Of a stretch of DNA of 64,000 bases, positions 28,529-37,938 are shown one piece after another. Where the stretch lies: positions 62,005 through 126,004 of the forward strand of contig JAXHVT010000023.1 in the NCBI GenBank assembly GCA_034188985.1, in the 5' to 3' direction. The stretch comes from Actinomycetota bacterium. GTDB lineage: Bacteria > Actinomycetota > Geothermincolia > Geothermincolales > RBG-13-55-18. The translations under genes and the position numbers were made by a program. Each line of letters opens with the position of its first letter. Within the stretch, counting starts at the first letter, position 1. The notes beneath the pieces were generated by a model, which was not told the origin of the DNA, ran no database searches, and was given only the letters and a program-made list of their open reading frames with translations.

Positions 28529-29557
28529 ATGAGCGGTTTCAAGGCTGTGGATTGGAAGGACGGGAAGATGGTTCTTCTCGACCAGACGGCGTTGCCCTCG
28601 CGAGAGGAGTACCTGAGCCTTGATGACTGGAGGGACGTGGCGGAGGCCATTCGAACCATGCGGGTACGAGGTGCCCCGGCCATCGGTATAGCCGCGGCAT
28701 ATGGGGTGGCGCTGGCGGCCCGTTCTTCTGGTAACCCCGATGAGGAAGTGCTCCGCGCCTGCGAGGGGCTGTCGGGTACCAGGCCCACGGCCGTCAATCT
28801 CTTCTGGGCCCTGGAGCGTATGAGGCGAGCGGCGGTGATGGCGAAAGGACGGGAGATGGGAGAGGTCCTGCTGGCCGAGGCGAGGGCTATCGCCGAGGAG
28901 CAGGATGAAGCCGACCGTGCCATCGGAGAACTGGGCGCGGAGCTGCTGTCCCCGAGGTGCCGGATTCTGACCCACTGCAACGCGGGAGGTCTGGCCACCC
29001 ATTCCCTTGGCACCGCGCTGGGGGTGATAAAGACCGCGCATCGTGCCGGCAAGGAGATATTCGTGTGGGTGGACGAGACCAGGCCGCTTCTGCAGGGAGC
29101 ACGCCTCACCGCCTGGGAGCTGCGGCGGGAAGAAATCGAGATGGCGGTTATCTGCGACAACATGGCCGGCCATATCATGTCAAGGGGAGAGGTGGACGCG
29201 GTGGTGGTGGGGGCCGACCGTATAGCCGCCAACGGGGACACCGCCAACAAGATAGGTACGTACACCCTGGCCGTTCTGGCCGAACGGCACCGCATACCAT
29301 TCTACGTCGCCGCCCCCTCCTCAACCCTGGACTCGGAGCTCGGGCAAGGTTCCGATATACCCATAGAGGAACGGGATCCCGGAGAGGTCACCGAAGTCGG
29401 GGGGCTCGCGGTTACGCCGCAGGGAACCCGGGCTCGTAATTTCGCCTTCGACGTTACGCCCTCTGGGCTGATTTCGGCTATTATTACCGAGGAAGGAGTC
29501 GCACGCCAGCCTTTCCGGGAGGCACTGAGGCGGTTCGTGAAGAAAGGCAGACGATGA
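28529..29557 (+). CDS. mtnA: Methylthioribose-1-phosphate isomerase (eIF-2B alpha/beta/delta family)
   Basis: VRGAPAIGIAAAYG...THCNAGGLAT...GADRIAANGDTANKIGTY is the MtnA signature. Confidence 0.85.
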   Translation: MSGFKAVDWKDGKMVLLDQTALPSREEYLSLDDWRDVAEAIRTMRVRGAPAIGIAAAYGVALAARSSGNPDEEVLRACEGLSGTRPTAVNLFWALERMRRAAVMAKGREMGEVLLAEARAIAEEQDEADRAIGELGAELLSPRCRILTHCNAGGLATHSLGTALGVIKTAHRAGKEIFVWVDETRPLLQGARLTAWELRREEIEMAVICDNMAGHIMSRGEVDAVVVGADRIAANGDTANKIGTYTLAVLAERHRIPFYVAAPSSTLDSELGQGSDIPIEERDPGEVTEVGGLAVTPQGTRARNFAFDVTPSGLISAIITEEGVARQPFREALRRFVKKGRR

Positions 29558-30711
29558 AGGCGATGATATTGGCGGCGGGTCTGGGAACGCGGCTGCGCCC
29601 CCTGACGGTGGAGATATCCAAGCCCATGGTGCCCATCGTGAACCGCCCGGTGATGGAGCATATAGTGGAACTGCTGTACCGGCACGGCTTCCGGGACATA
29701 TACGTCAACCTTCACTGGCACCCGGACGTGATTACCAGCCATTTCGGCGATGGAGCGAAATGGGGGGTCTCTCTCTCCTACTCCTACGAGGAGAAACTTC
29801 TGGGCACGGCGGGAGGGGTGAAGAAACTGGAAGGCGAGCTGGGCGACGGGACCTTCCTGGTCATAAGCGGCGATGCCCTGACCGACCTGGACCTGACCGC
29901 GCTGGTCGATTTCCACCGCGGGCACGGCGCGATCGCGACCCTGGTTACAACCCCTGTGAGCGACCCCTCCAAATACGGAGTGGTGATTACCGACGAGGAG
30001 GGTCGTATCACCGGTTTCCAGGAGAAGCCCAAGCGAGAGGAGGCCAGGAGCTACGTGGCCAACAGCGGCATATACGTATTCGAGCCCGGGGTGCTAGAGA
30101 TGATGCCGGAGGGTTCCTTCTACGATTTCGGCTCGCAGCTCTTCCCGCGCTTCCTGGAAGAAGGGCTGGATTTCTATGGCTACATACACTTGGATTACTG
30201 GAACGACGTGGGTAGCCTGGAGGAATACAAGGCGGGCAATTTCGATGCCCTGAATGGTAAGGTGGATATCAAGATACCCGGCGTACGCATCGGCGAGGAT
30301 GTGTGGATCGGAGACGAGACGGTGATAGAGGAAGATGTAGTCATGATGGGGCCCATCTGCGTCGGTTCCAACTGCCAAGTCAAGCGAGGGGCCAGACTTT
30401 TCGGCCCCCTGGTGGTGGGGGACAAGACGGTTATCGACCAGGGCGCCATCCTTTATCGCGGCATCAAGTGGGGCGACAGCTATATCGGTAAGGACGCTCA
30501 TCTCATGGACAGTATCGTGGGGCTCAAGACGGAGATAGGGGAGGGTGCGGCCGTGCTCTCCGATACGGTGGTGGGACACCGCAGTATCATCGGTGACGGC
30601 AGTATCATCCATCCCAGCGTTAGCATCATGCCCGGCTCCGTTATCGAGAAAGACCTCCACTTCAAGGGGGAGGAAGACCGAAAAGACGGGGGCAAAGACC
30701 CCGAGCGATAA
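29554..30711 (+). CDS. NDP-sugar pyrophosphorylase (mannose-1-phosphate guanylyltransferase-like) with LbH domain
   Basis: MKAMILAAGLGTRLRPLT...SKPMVPI... Second manC-like paralog. ATGA overlap with the mtnA stop. Confidence 0.75.
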   Translation: MKAMILAAGLGTRLRPLTVEISKPMVPIVNRPVMEHIVELLYRHGFRDIYVNLHWHPDVITSHFGDGAKWGVSLSYSYEEKLLGTAGGVKKLEGELGDGTFLVISGDALTDLDLTALVDFHRGHGAIATLVTTPVSDPSKYGVVITDEEGRITGFQEKPKREEARSYVANSGIYVFEPGVLEMMPEGSFYDFGSQLFPRFLEEGLDFYGYIHLDYWNDVGSLEEYKAGNFDALNGKVDIKIPGVRIGEDVWIGDETVIEEDVVMMGPICVGSNCQVKRGARLFGPLVVGDKTVIDQGAILYRGIKWGDSYIGKDAHLMDSIVGLKTEIGEGAAVLSDTVVGHRSIIGDGSIIHPSVSIMPGSVIEKDLHFKGEEDRKDGGKDPER

Positions 30712-30724
30712 CAACCCCAACCCT

Positions 30725-30769
30725 AAAACATCGGAAGATGGGGTCAGGCACTGACATCGGACATTTTCG
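30725..30769. repeat. Dispersed palindromic repeat family, copy A
   Basis: aaaacatcggaagatggggtcaggcactgacatcggacattttcg shares the GTCAGAAGACGGGGTCA...CATCGGACATTTTCG core with copies at 41.8, 50.3 and 59.7 kb. Confidence 0.5.
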
Positions 30770-30974
30770 TCCGAGCCCTCGTGACTGACCGGCAGCCCCC
30801 ACACGATAAGGCCTCGGTTATAAGCGATAGATCCATATGGGCAACCCGCCTCGGGGCGGGAGCGTTTGGGTCACTTCGTCGGCGCGGGCGCCTCCTCGCG
30901 ATGACGGTCACGTGATTTGAGACCCCATCCGGTGCTTTTCGGATAGAGTTATCCCCACTGGCACCGAGAATCGG

Positions 30975-31003
30975 TTGACTTTAATAGTTAACTATTATAT
31001 GTT
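30975..31003 (+). promoter_or_regulatory. Sigma70-like promoter TTGACT-15/16nt-TATATG with 10-bp palindrome TAGTTAACTA in the spacer
   Basis: AT-rich island in otherwise GC-rich DNA, immediately upstream of comF. The perfect palindrome at 30985-30994 is a candidate operator. Confidence 0.4.
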
Positions 31004-31028
31004 ATAGAACATGATTAACTATGGCAAT

Positions 31029-31733
31029 ATGGCGGAACTGTTCTTCCCCACGCGCTGCGCCGGCTGCGGAAGGTATTCCGGCAGGCCGCTTTGCCTGGAG
31101 TGCACCGCCTCGCTTCCCCTGATAAGAGGCCCGGTATGCAGCCTCTGCGGCAAGCCCACGCTCTATGACGTGGAGGACTGCCTCGAATGCCGGGGCAGGA
31201 TAAGATACCTGGATGCGACCGTGGCCCTGGCCGTCTACGAAGAGCCCTTGAGGTCGATGATCCACAAGTTGAAATATCGCAATGGGTGGAGGCTGGCGAT
31301 GCCCCTCGGGGCCATGGCCGCCGTGCGGCTGGCTCCAATGCTCGGCGGGGACGAGCCTGTCGTTACCTACGTGCCCATGTACCGCCGTAATCGCAAGGCA
31401 CGCGGCTACGATCATGCGGAGGAGCTGGCCCGAGGCGTGGCAAGGGCTCTAGGCTTGAAGGTTGAAACGCTCCTGGGCAGGACGCGCCCCTGCAAAGCCC
31501 AGAGCGGTCTGACCCATGAAGACAGGAGAGTGAACGTACTGGGGGCCTTCCAGGAGCGAGCCACGGCGGCACATGTGAGGGAGGCCGTGCTGGTGGACGA
31601 CGTACTGACCACCGGTTATACACTGCGCGAGTGCGCTGGTGCGTTGAAGAAAGCGGGAGTGGAAAGGGTGATCGCCTGCGTTCTGGCCAGGGATCTGCTG
31701 GGCGAACCCACCCGCCGTCATGGTACGGGATAA
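31029..31733 (+). CDS. comF: ComF-family phosphoribosyltransferase (competence protein ComFC-like)
   Basis: N-terminal Cys-rich zinc-finger-like CAGCG...CLEC...CSLCG, then a PRTase fold (VLVDDVLTTGYTL). Confidence 0.7.
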   Translation: MAELFFPTRCAGCGRYSGRPLCLECTASLPLIRGPVCSLCGKPTLYDVEDCLECRGRIRYLDATVALAVYEEPLRSMIHKLKYRNGWRLAMPLGAMAAVRLAPMLGGDEPVVTYVPMYRRNRKARGYDHAEELARGVARALGLKVETLLGRTRPCKAQSGLTHEDRRVNVLGAFQERATAAHVREAVLVDDVLTTGYTLRECAGALKKAGVERVIACVLARDLLGEPTRRHGTG

Positions 31734-31814
31734 ATTGCAGCGCCTTTTTTTCGCGTAAATAGAACCCCCCGGGATGACGATAAAAATCATAGAGCCTAAG
31801 GAGGCAAGTGAGGC

Positions 31815-32069
31815 ATGCGAATATCGGACAGAGAGATAGAGAACTCGCTGCGGTTTTTATCCCAGGAGCCCTTCGCATCGGGCGGAAAGCCGCACATTGC
31901 GCAGGATATAGAGCAGATGGTGCTGGGGCAGCTGAGGGAGATGCCGGATGTCCGGATGGACAGGGTGCTATCACTACGCACCGCCATCCAGGAGAAACGC
32001 TATTCGGTGTCCAGCGAGGACGTGGCCAAGAAGATACTTGGCCGCTGCGTTGCCGATCATATCCGTTGA
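31815..32069 (+). CDS. flgM: FlgM-family anti-sigma-28 factor (orphan)
   Basis: 84 aa. C-terminus RVLSLRTAIQEKRYSVSSEDVAKKIL resembles the FlgM sigma-28-binding helix. Strong SD (AAGGAGG). No flagellar genes in the window. Confidence 0.45.
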   Translation: MRISDREIENSLRFLSQEPFASGGKPHIAQDIEQMVLGQLREMPDVRMDRVLSLRTAIQEKRYSVSSEDVAKKILGRCVADHIR

Positions 32070-32138
32070 CGTGCAAGAGATGGTGCTCAGAAGAAAGGCG
32101 GCCCCTGCGGGGGCCGCCTTTGATATCGGTAGGGTCCG

Positions 32139-33330
32139 TAGCTGAATGGCCTCGATAAGGTTGGCTCCCTCCTGTACGCCGCCGCACAGGGTAGCCATAT
32201 CGTACCTGGCGCCTTTCTCCTTGAGGATGCGGGCCAGGGAGCAGGTGAGCATGGGCCCGGAACAGGCCAGGGGGTGGCCTATGGCGATAGTGCCCCCTTG
32301 ACGTTGACCTTCTCCGGGCCCAGTCCCAGCTCCCTGATGCCGTACAGGGTGATCACGGCGAAGGTCTCGTTTATCTCTCAGTACTCGATATCGCCAATAT
32401 CCATCGCAGCTTTCTACAGAGTCATCCTGGAGGCGGGGAACGGACCCACGCCCATTAAACCGGGATCGACGCCCGTCCATTCCATGGATACGACCCTCGC
32501 CAGGGGCTTGAGTCCCAGTGAATCGGCCTTGTTCTCGTTCATAAGGAGCACCGCGGTGGCCCCGGCGTTCAGGGATGAGGAGTTTCCGGCCGTTATCTGA
32601 CCATCGGGCTTGAAGGCCGGCTTGAGCTCGGCCAGCTTCTCCATGGTGGTGCTGGCGCGCATGGAGAGATCGGTGTCGAAGCGCTGCACGCTTCCGTCCT
32701 CCTGCTCCACCTCGACTGGAAGGATCTCGCCCGCGAAATAGCCCTCCTTTACCGCCCTTGCGGCTCTCTGGTGGCTGAACAGGGACCACTCGTCCATCTC
32801 CTCCCTGGTGATGCCAGACTGGCCATGGAGCTTCTCGGCGGTCAGCCCCATGCTCATAGCGGTCTGGAAATCGAGCTGCTTCAGGCTCTCGTCCTGGAAG
32901 AACCTGGGGTTTATAGCCATGAGGTCGGTGCTCCCCGGCGGATCCAGGGGAACGTGAGTCATGTGCTCCATGCCGCAGACCAGAACTAGGTCGGAACAAC
33001 CGAGAATTTTATCCATGGAACCCTGGTGGAGGGCGGACACCCCGGAGATACATACCCGGTCCATTCCCTGTGCCGGGGTGGTCACGGGCAGGCCGGCCAG
33101 GAAGGCAATGGTTCGACCGCCCATGAGGTAGTACGCATCTGCAGGGCGCAGCCCACCAGGAGGTCGTCGATATCCTCCGGGTTCACCTGGTTGCGGGACA
33201 GTATCTCCTTCACCAACAGAGACAGCGCATCGTCCATCCTCAACTTGTTGAAGGCGTCTCTCTCCGGTTGACGGGACCTGGATCTGGAGTAGGGGGCTCT
33301 GAGCATGTCCACGATAACCGCTTCGGTCAT
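32139..33330 (-). pseudogene. Acetyl-CoA acetyltransferase (thiolase) pseudogene with multiple lesions
   Basis: Thiolase homology is spread over three frames: N-terminus 33330-33130, middle 33124-32417, C-terminal fragments 32376-32139 (contains GHPLACSG). There is a frameshift near 33125-33135. In-frame TAG at 32414-32416 (GPFPASRMTL*KA). In-frame TGA at 32378-32380 (DIEY*EINETF). A frameshift sits in the C5 run at 32294-32298 (KGG/TIAIGHP). The native stop after ...IEAIQL is absent. Confidence 0.6.
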
Positions 33331-34219
33331 CTTTTCCTACTTTGGTTACGTTTCCCAGAATATATTAATCGTAGGTTAATACTATTGTGGTTCCGTATGT
33401 CTTAACGGAACTTAGGCCCGGGCATAGCATATATAGATGCCGTAATGGCTCTCGCGCGACCCAAGGCCCGCTTATGAGCCGAGAGGTTCCGGGATCCGAG
33501 ACCTTGCGGCTCTCCTTGAACGGTTGGGCTTGCCACCTGGGACCCGTTCGGATCATTCCAGCCTTATCCTGGGCATGAAGAGGGAGAGGGCGAAGGCCAG
33601 ACCAGCCACCACCACCGCCGTAAACACATGTGGCTTCAACAGGGTCGGTGCCGGCCCTTCAGACTCGGGCCGAAGAGACTTATAATAATGGTGGAAGGTT
33701 TCGGCCCGGGTCTGTGGTTGAAAGTCGATGCTAGCCGCAGGCGAAACGACCCACGTAAGCCAACTTTTTGTTGGTGAGCATGGTGCGGCTTAGGGGTAAG
33801 ACCTGCCCGGCTCAGATCCGGAGAAGCGCAATAGTGGCGGGCATTCCGGTAACCCTTGAAGGGCGGATTCCCGCTGCGAGCCGCTCAGCAGGCGAGTGTG
33901 GGGTCAAAGACCAGGTCAGCCGGGTTCGAAACCTTTTAATAAAAACGATGCTCCCCGCGGTTATACGCGGAGGCCTGGTGGGGGCCCCGCCGGAAGGGAA
34001 ACGACGGACGGGGACCCTGCGATGAGACGGCGTATCGAAAAGCGAGTGGGATTCGAGGGATTGTGTGGAGGCCCGGAAACGCGGGGTTCATATGGTGGTG
34101 GACTTTCTTGGCACAGGAATAAACCTGTGGTAGGCTTATGCGAGTCAAAAACGAGATAAACCGGGGCAGCCCCGGGTATTCGATGAGCTTATATAGCTTA
34201 TTTATAGGGATCGAGGTCG

Positions 34220-34254
34220 GCCCATACCGCACCTTGTAAGGGTATGGGCTTTTG
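34220..34254 (+). terminator. Intrinsic-terminator-like hairpin (9-bp stem GCCCATACC/GGTATGGGC, 12-nt loop) followed by TTTT
   Basis: Seen directly. It lies 26 nt upstream of the hpf start, at the end of a 0.9-kb ORF-free region. Confidence 0.4.
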
Positions 34255-34279
34255 CACGGAAGAGAAGGGAGCAAAGGTT

Positions 34280-34834
34280 ATGCAGATCATCGTGAAAGGC
34301 AAGCACCTTGAGATGACGGATGCCCTGCGGAGCTATGCGGAGGAAAAGGTGGGCAAGGTAGAGAAGTACTTCGACCGCATACTCAAGACGGAGATCGAGA
34401 TGAGTGTGGAGCGTAACCCCAAGATCTCGGATAACCAGGTAGTGGAGGTTACCATCTTTACCTCCGGACCGGTAATCAGGGCAAAGGAAAGCGCTTCGGA
34501 TATGTACCAGGCTATAGACCTGGTCACCAGCAAGTTGGAGCGCCAGGCCAGGAAGGCGAAGAAGAAGATGATAGACAGGTCTCATCATGCTAAGAATCCC
34601 TTCAAGGAGCCATCATCCCTGCACCTGGAGGAGGAGGAGGAGGAAGAGGAAGAAGCCTTGATCGTAAAGACCAAGAGCTTCCCGCTCAAGCCCATGATAC
34701 CCGAGGAAGCCTGCCTGCAGATGGACCTGGTGGGACACGATTTCTTCGTCTTTATAAATGCCGATACGGAGGAGACTAACGTGGTTTATAGAAGAAAAGA
34801 TGGGAACTACGGCTTGATAGAGCCAGGAGGTTGA
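34280..34834 (+). CDS. hpf: Ribosome hibernation promoting factor (long HPF)
   Basis: MQIIVKGKHLEMTDALRSYAEEKVGKVEKYFDRI... is the RaiA/HPF N-domain. C-terminal extension carries a poly-Glu linker. Confidence 0.85.
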   Translation: MQIIVKGKHLEMTDALRSYAEEKVGKVEKYFDRILKTEIEMSVERNPKISDNQVVEVTIFTSGPVIRAKESASDMYQAIDLVTSKLERQARKAKKKMIDRSHHAKNPFKEPSSLHLEEEEEEEEEALIVKTKSFPLKPMIPEEACLQMDLVGHDFFVFINADTEETNVVYRRKDGNYGLIEPGG

Positions 34835-34941
34835 TATGCGCAAGTTCCTGGACATGGTGCGGCAGGTGCTCGATTACGTGATACGACGCGGGGCCTCGAT
34901 GCGCCTTTGAGATCCCGTCGGAGAAGAGTAGAAAGGCAATC

Positions 34942-36564
34942 ATGAACAGGCGAGTTACAACCCTGGGCGCCCCGTTCCTGGTGGGCTCGTTGGGGGTCAT
35001 ACTCTACCTTACCTTGGTCTCCGACCAGCCTATATTCTGGTTCTCGGTGATCCTTCTGGGGATGCTGATCGTAATCTGCGAGACTCTGGGCGAGAAAATG
35101 GTATCGGGAGGCAGGTCCACCTACGGTATCATAGCGCTTTTCGGTGCTATCGCAGCTCTCAATACACCCTCGGCCATGATAGTCGCGCTGCTCGGTTCGT
35201 TACATCTGCTTCTTATACGTCGCAAAGACGAGCCGGGGAATATGCTCTATAGCGGCGCGGTTTATGCCATAGGTACCTGGGCGGCGGCCGCTCTCTATCA
35301 CGCCCTGGGCGGGACCTCACGCCTGTTCACGTTCGGTGACGGAATGCGTTCCATAGCGCCTCTCCTGGCGGCGGCGGCGGCCTTCTGGGTCATAAACACC
35401 GTTTTCGTTGCCGTGGCCCTGCATTGGTCGAAGGGGGTGAAACCCAGGGATTTCCTGGCCTCGGACGCCTTGAGGCTGCTCCCCAACCAGCTCATATACG
35501 CCCTGGTGGGGTTGGGAGTGGGAGTTATATATGCCCAGAACGCCTTTCACCTGGACCCTCTCAGTGGAATGATTGTGGGCTCCACGGCCGAATCGCTGCG
35601 CGGCCTCTTCGCCGTGCTGTGCCTGATCGCGCTTCTCGGTGTGGCCTGGTATTTCAGCGGCAAGAACATCGAGCTCCTGGAGGCTTATGACCGCAGCATA
35701 GAGGTTCTGGTTACCCACCTGGAGAAGAGGGAGCCCTACCTCGACGGCCACGCCGTGCGGGTGGCGGAATACGCATCCATGATCGCCAGTGATATGCATC
35801 TGCCCTTTTATGAGGTCAACCGCATACGACACGCTGCCTTGCTGCATGACCTGGGGCGCCCGGCGATACCCCGCGAGATACTGCTGAGGCGTGGAGCCTT
35901 GAGCGAGGAGGAATTCGAGAAGGTCAAGACGCATCCTCTGGAGGGAAGCACGCTGCTCGAAGAGGTGGAGTATCTCTCCGATATGGCGGAGGCGGTGCGT
36001 CACCACCACGAGTATTACGACGGTGGAGGCTATATAGACCATATCTCCGCCGACACCATACCGCTGAGCGCCCGCATTATCGCGGTGGCCGACGCTTACG
36101 ACGCTATGCTTCACCACAGGCCCTGGAGGGATGCCAAGGGCCCGAAAGGAGCGGCGGCGGAGTTGAGGCAGAACAGCGGCAGGCAGTTCGACCCCGATGT
36201 AGTGGAGCATTTCCTATCCTCCCTGGAGCGGTCCGCGGTGGTGGAGGAGGCCGGTGCCGAGACCATGGGGCGGGCGCCGGTCGAGGCGGAGCCGCGGGAC
36301 AAAGCCGAACCTCGTCCTAGGGGGCGCAGGACGAAGCGGCGCGAGGAGATGCTGCGCGCCCGCCGGGAGGCGAGGGAGCGTATAGAGCGAGAGGCCTTGC
36401 AGGCCCTGGAGGAGCCACGGGATACGGAGAAGGAGGAAATGTATTCAGGCGGCGGAGCCGGCGATTACGCGGATACCACGGGTCGGGATCCCGGGCCCGT
36501 TGAGCCGGAGGAGAACCCGCCTCCGGAGGATAGGCCACCCGATGAGGGGGGTGAGAGGCCGTGA
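34942..36564 (+). CDS. 7TM-sensor membrane protein with HD-GYP-type phosphodiesterase domain (variant HHExxDGGGYI)
   Basis: ~8 N-terminal TM segments, then an HD domain (LLHDLGRPAI...HHHEYYDGGGYIDH). Arg/Glu-rich low-complexity tail. Confidence 0.7.
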   Translation: MNRRVTTLGAPFLVGSLGVILYLTLVSDQPIFWFSVILLGMLIVICETLGEKMVSGGRSTYGIIALFGAIAALNTPSAMIVALLGSLHLLLIRRKDEPGNMLYSGAVYAIGTWAAAALYHALGGTSRLFTFGDGMRSIAPLLAAAAAFWVINTVFVAVALHWSKGVKPRDFLASDALRLLPNQLIYALVGLGVGVIYAQNAFHLDPLSGMIVGSTAESLRGLFAVLCLIALLGVAWYFSGKNIELLEAYDRSIEVLVTHLEKREPYLDGHAVRVAEYASMIASDMHLPFYEVNRIRHAALLHDLGRPAIPREILLRRGALSEEEFEKVKTHPLEGSTLLEEVEYLSDMAEAVRHHHEYYDGGGYIDHISADTIPLSARIIAVADAYDAMLHHRPWRDAKGPKGAAAELRQNSGRQFDPDVVEHFLSSLERSAVVEEAGAETMGRAPVEAEPRDKAEPRPRGRRTKRREEMLRARREARERIEREALQALEEPRDTEKEEMYSGGGAGDYADTTGRDPGPVEPEENPPPEDRPPDEGGERP

Positions 36565-37931
36565 AATTCGACCGCGAGAAGGCGTTGCGCTGGTTGTCCA
36601 GCATCCTGTGCCTGTTGGTACTGGCGGCCTGCATACCTTTCATAAAGTGGGGCGACCTGGATCCGGGAAGAACCCTGGGGCTGGTGGCCATACTGGCCTT
36701 CTTCGAGACGTGGCGTATCCAGTATCGTTGGGGAAGGCCGCTGCGCCTGGGCATGGCCGTCACCCTATGCGTCATGGCCATAAGGCCCCTCCCGGAGGCG
36801 GTCTGGATATTCTTCCTGGGAAGCATGCTGGGCCGGGGGGTCTCAATGGCCATCCACAAGGAGGAGGAGAGCGATTTCTTCCACATCGTGCAGCGTACCT
36901 ATATCGTGGCCTTGACCGCCCTGGTCTACCAGGTGATTATCAACCTGGGATGGAATTTCACCTGGAATCCCTACCCGCCCAATTTCTTCGGGCCGGGACC
37001 GGCCAGCGCCACGGAGTTCTTCACCTATTACAATCCCGCCGTGCTCCAACGCGCCCTGGTCTTTCCCATCGCCTTTATCGTTATGGCCGTAATCTTCTAT
37101 CTGGGCGAGGTCTTCACGTCTTCGGTGGAGACGGGGATGACGCTCTCCGGCAGCTGGAGGGTAATCCTCCCCCAGCATATGCGGCAGACCTTTCCCGCCT
37201 ACCTCGCCATCTCGGGGGCGGGCGCCCTCATGGCCCTGTATTTTCCCCGCATCGCCTGGTTCAACTTTCTGATCTTTTTCATACCCTTGTTGCTGGTACG
37301 CCTGGAATCCAACCGGGACAAGGAGCTGGACGAGAGATATTTCCAGACCATGCGCATCATTGGCGATGCCTTCGACCTGGCCAGGGGCCTTCCCGGTCAT
37401 TCCGGCCGGGTGAGCAACCTGTCCGCGGAGGTTGCCAGGGAGATGGGCGTGGCCAGGGACCTGACCCGCAATATCCGCTACGCAGCCGCGCTGCACGATA
37501 TCGGCCGCGTCGAGTTCGAGGGCGATGAGGAGGCCAAGGGACACGCGGAGCGGGGCGCGGAGGTGCTCGAGCAGGTACCTCGCCTCCAGCCTATCGCGGA
37601 TATTGTGCGTTACCACCATCCCGGTCCAGGTGATGAGGCTGGAACCCAGCGCCTGGAGATGGGGTCGAAGATTATCGGAGTGGTCAGCGACTACGACCTG
37701 CTGACCAACCGGGCCTCCAACAAGCTCTCCTCGGAGGAAGCATTGAAGGAGATGAGCGTGGAGCGAGGAAAGCTCTACGATTCCAAGGTGCTGCGAACCC
37801 TGGCCCAGGTGGTGGAGACGCAGGCCATGGCGCGTCGCCGCCCGGAGAGGGAGATCCAGCAAAGAGCCAAGGTCCTCGAGAAGGAGGAGCTGGGGGAGAG
37901 CCTGGAGGAGATATTCCGGGATAAGGAGTAG
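36561..37931 (+). CDS. 7TM-sensor membrane protein with divergent HD domain (paralog of upstream gene; HHP, no GYP)
   Basis: GTG start overlapping the upstream stop (GTGA). It has the same architecture as its upstream neighbour. HD is present (LHDIGRVEF), but the metal-binding HHE is replaced by [11 protein letters not shown] and the GYP motif is absent. Confidence 0.65.
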   Translation: MKFDREKALRWLSSILCLLVLAACIPFIKWGDLDPGRTLGLVAILAFFETWRIQYRWGRPLRLGMAVTLCVMAIRPLPEAVWIFFLGSMLGRGVSMAIHKEEESDFFHIVQRTYIVALTALVYQVIINLGWNFTWNPYPPNFFGPGPASATEFFTYYNPAVLQRALVFPIAFIVMAVIFYLGEVFTSSVETGMTLSGSWRVILPQHMRQTFPAYLAISGAGALMALYFPRIAWFNFLIFFIPLLLVRLESNRDKELDERYFQTMRIIGDAFDLARGLPGHSGRVSNLSAEVAREMGVARDLTRNIRYAAALHDIGRVEFEGDEEAKGHAERGAEVLEQVPRLQPIADIVRYHHPGPGDEAGTQRLEMGSKIIGVVSDYDLLTNRASNKLSSEEALKEMSVERGKLYDSKVLRTLAQVVETQAMARRRPEREIQQRAKVLEKEELGESLEEIFRDKE

Positions 37932-37938
37932 ATGCCTG

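Noticed and set aside
33560-34200. RNase P RNA / SRP RNA / 6S RNA assignment for the ORF-free region
   Set aside because: Only partial resemblance to P4-like (GAACCCGGCTGACC) or SRP-like (CCAGGTCAGCCGGG) strings. Order and spacing do not fit the consensus structures I can recall. Left as an unclassified candidate pending covariance-model search.
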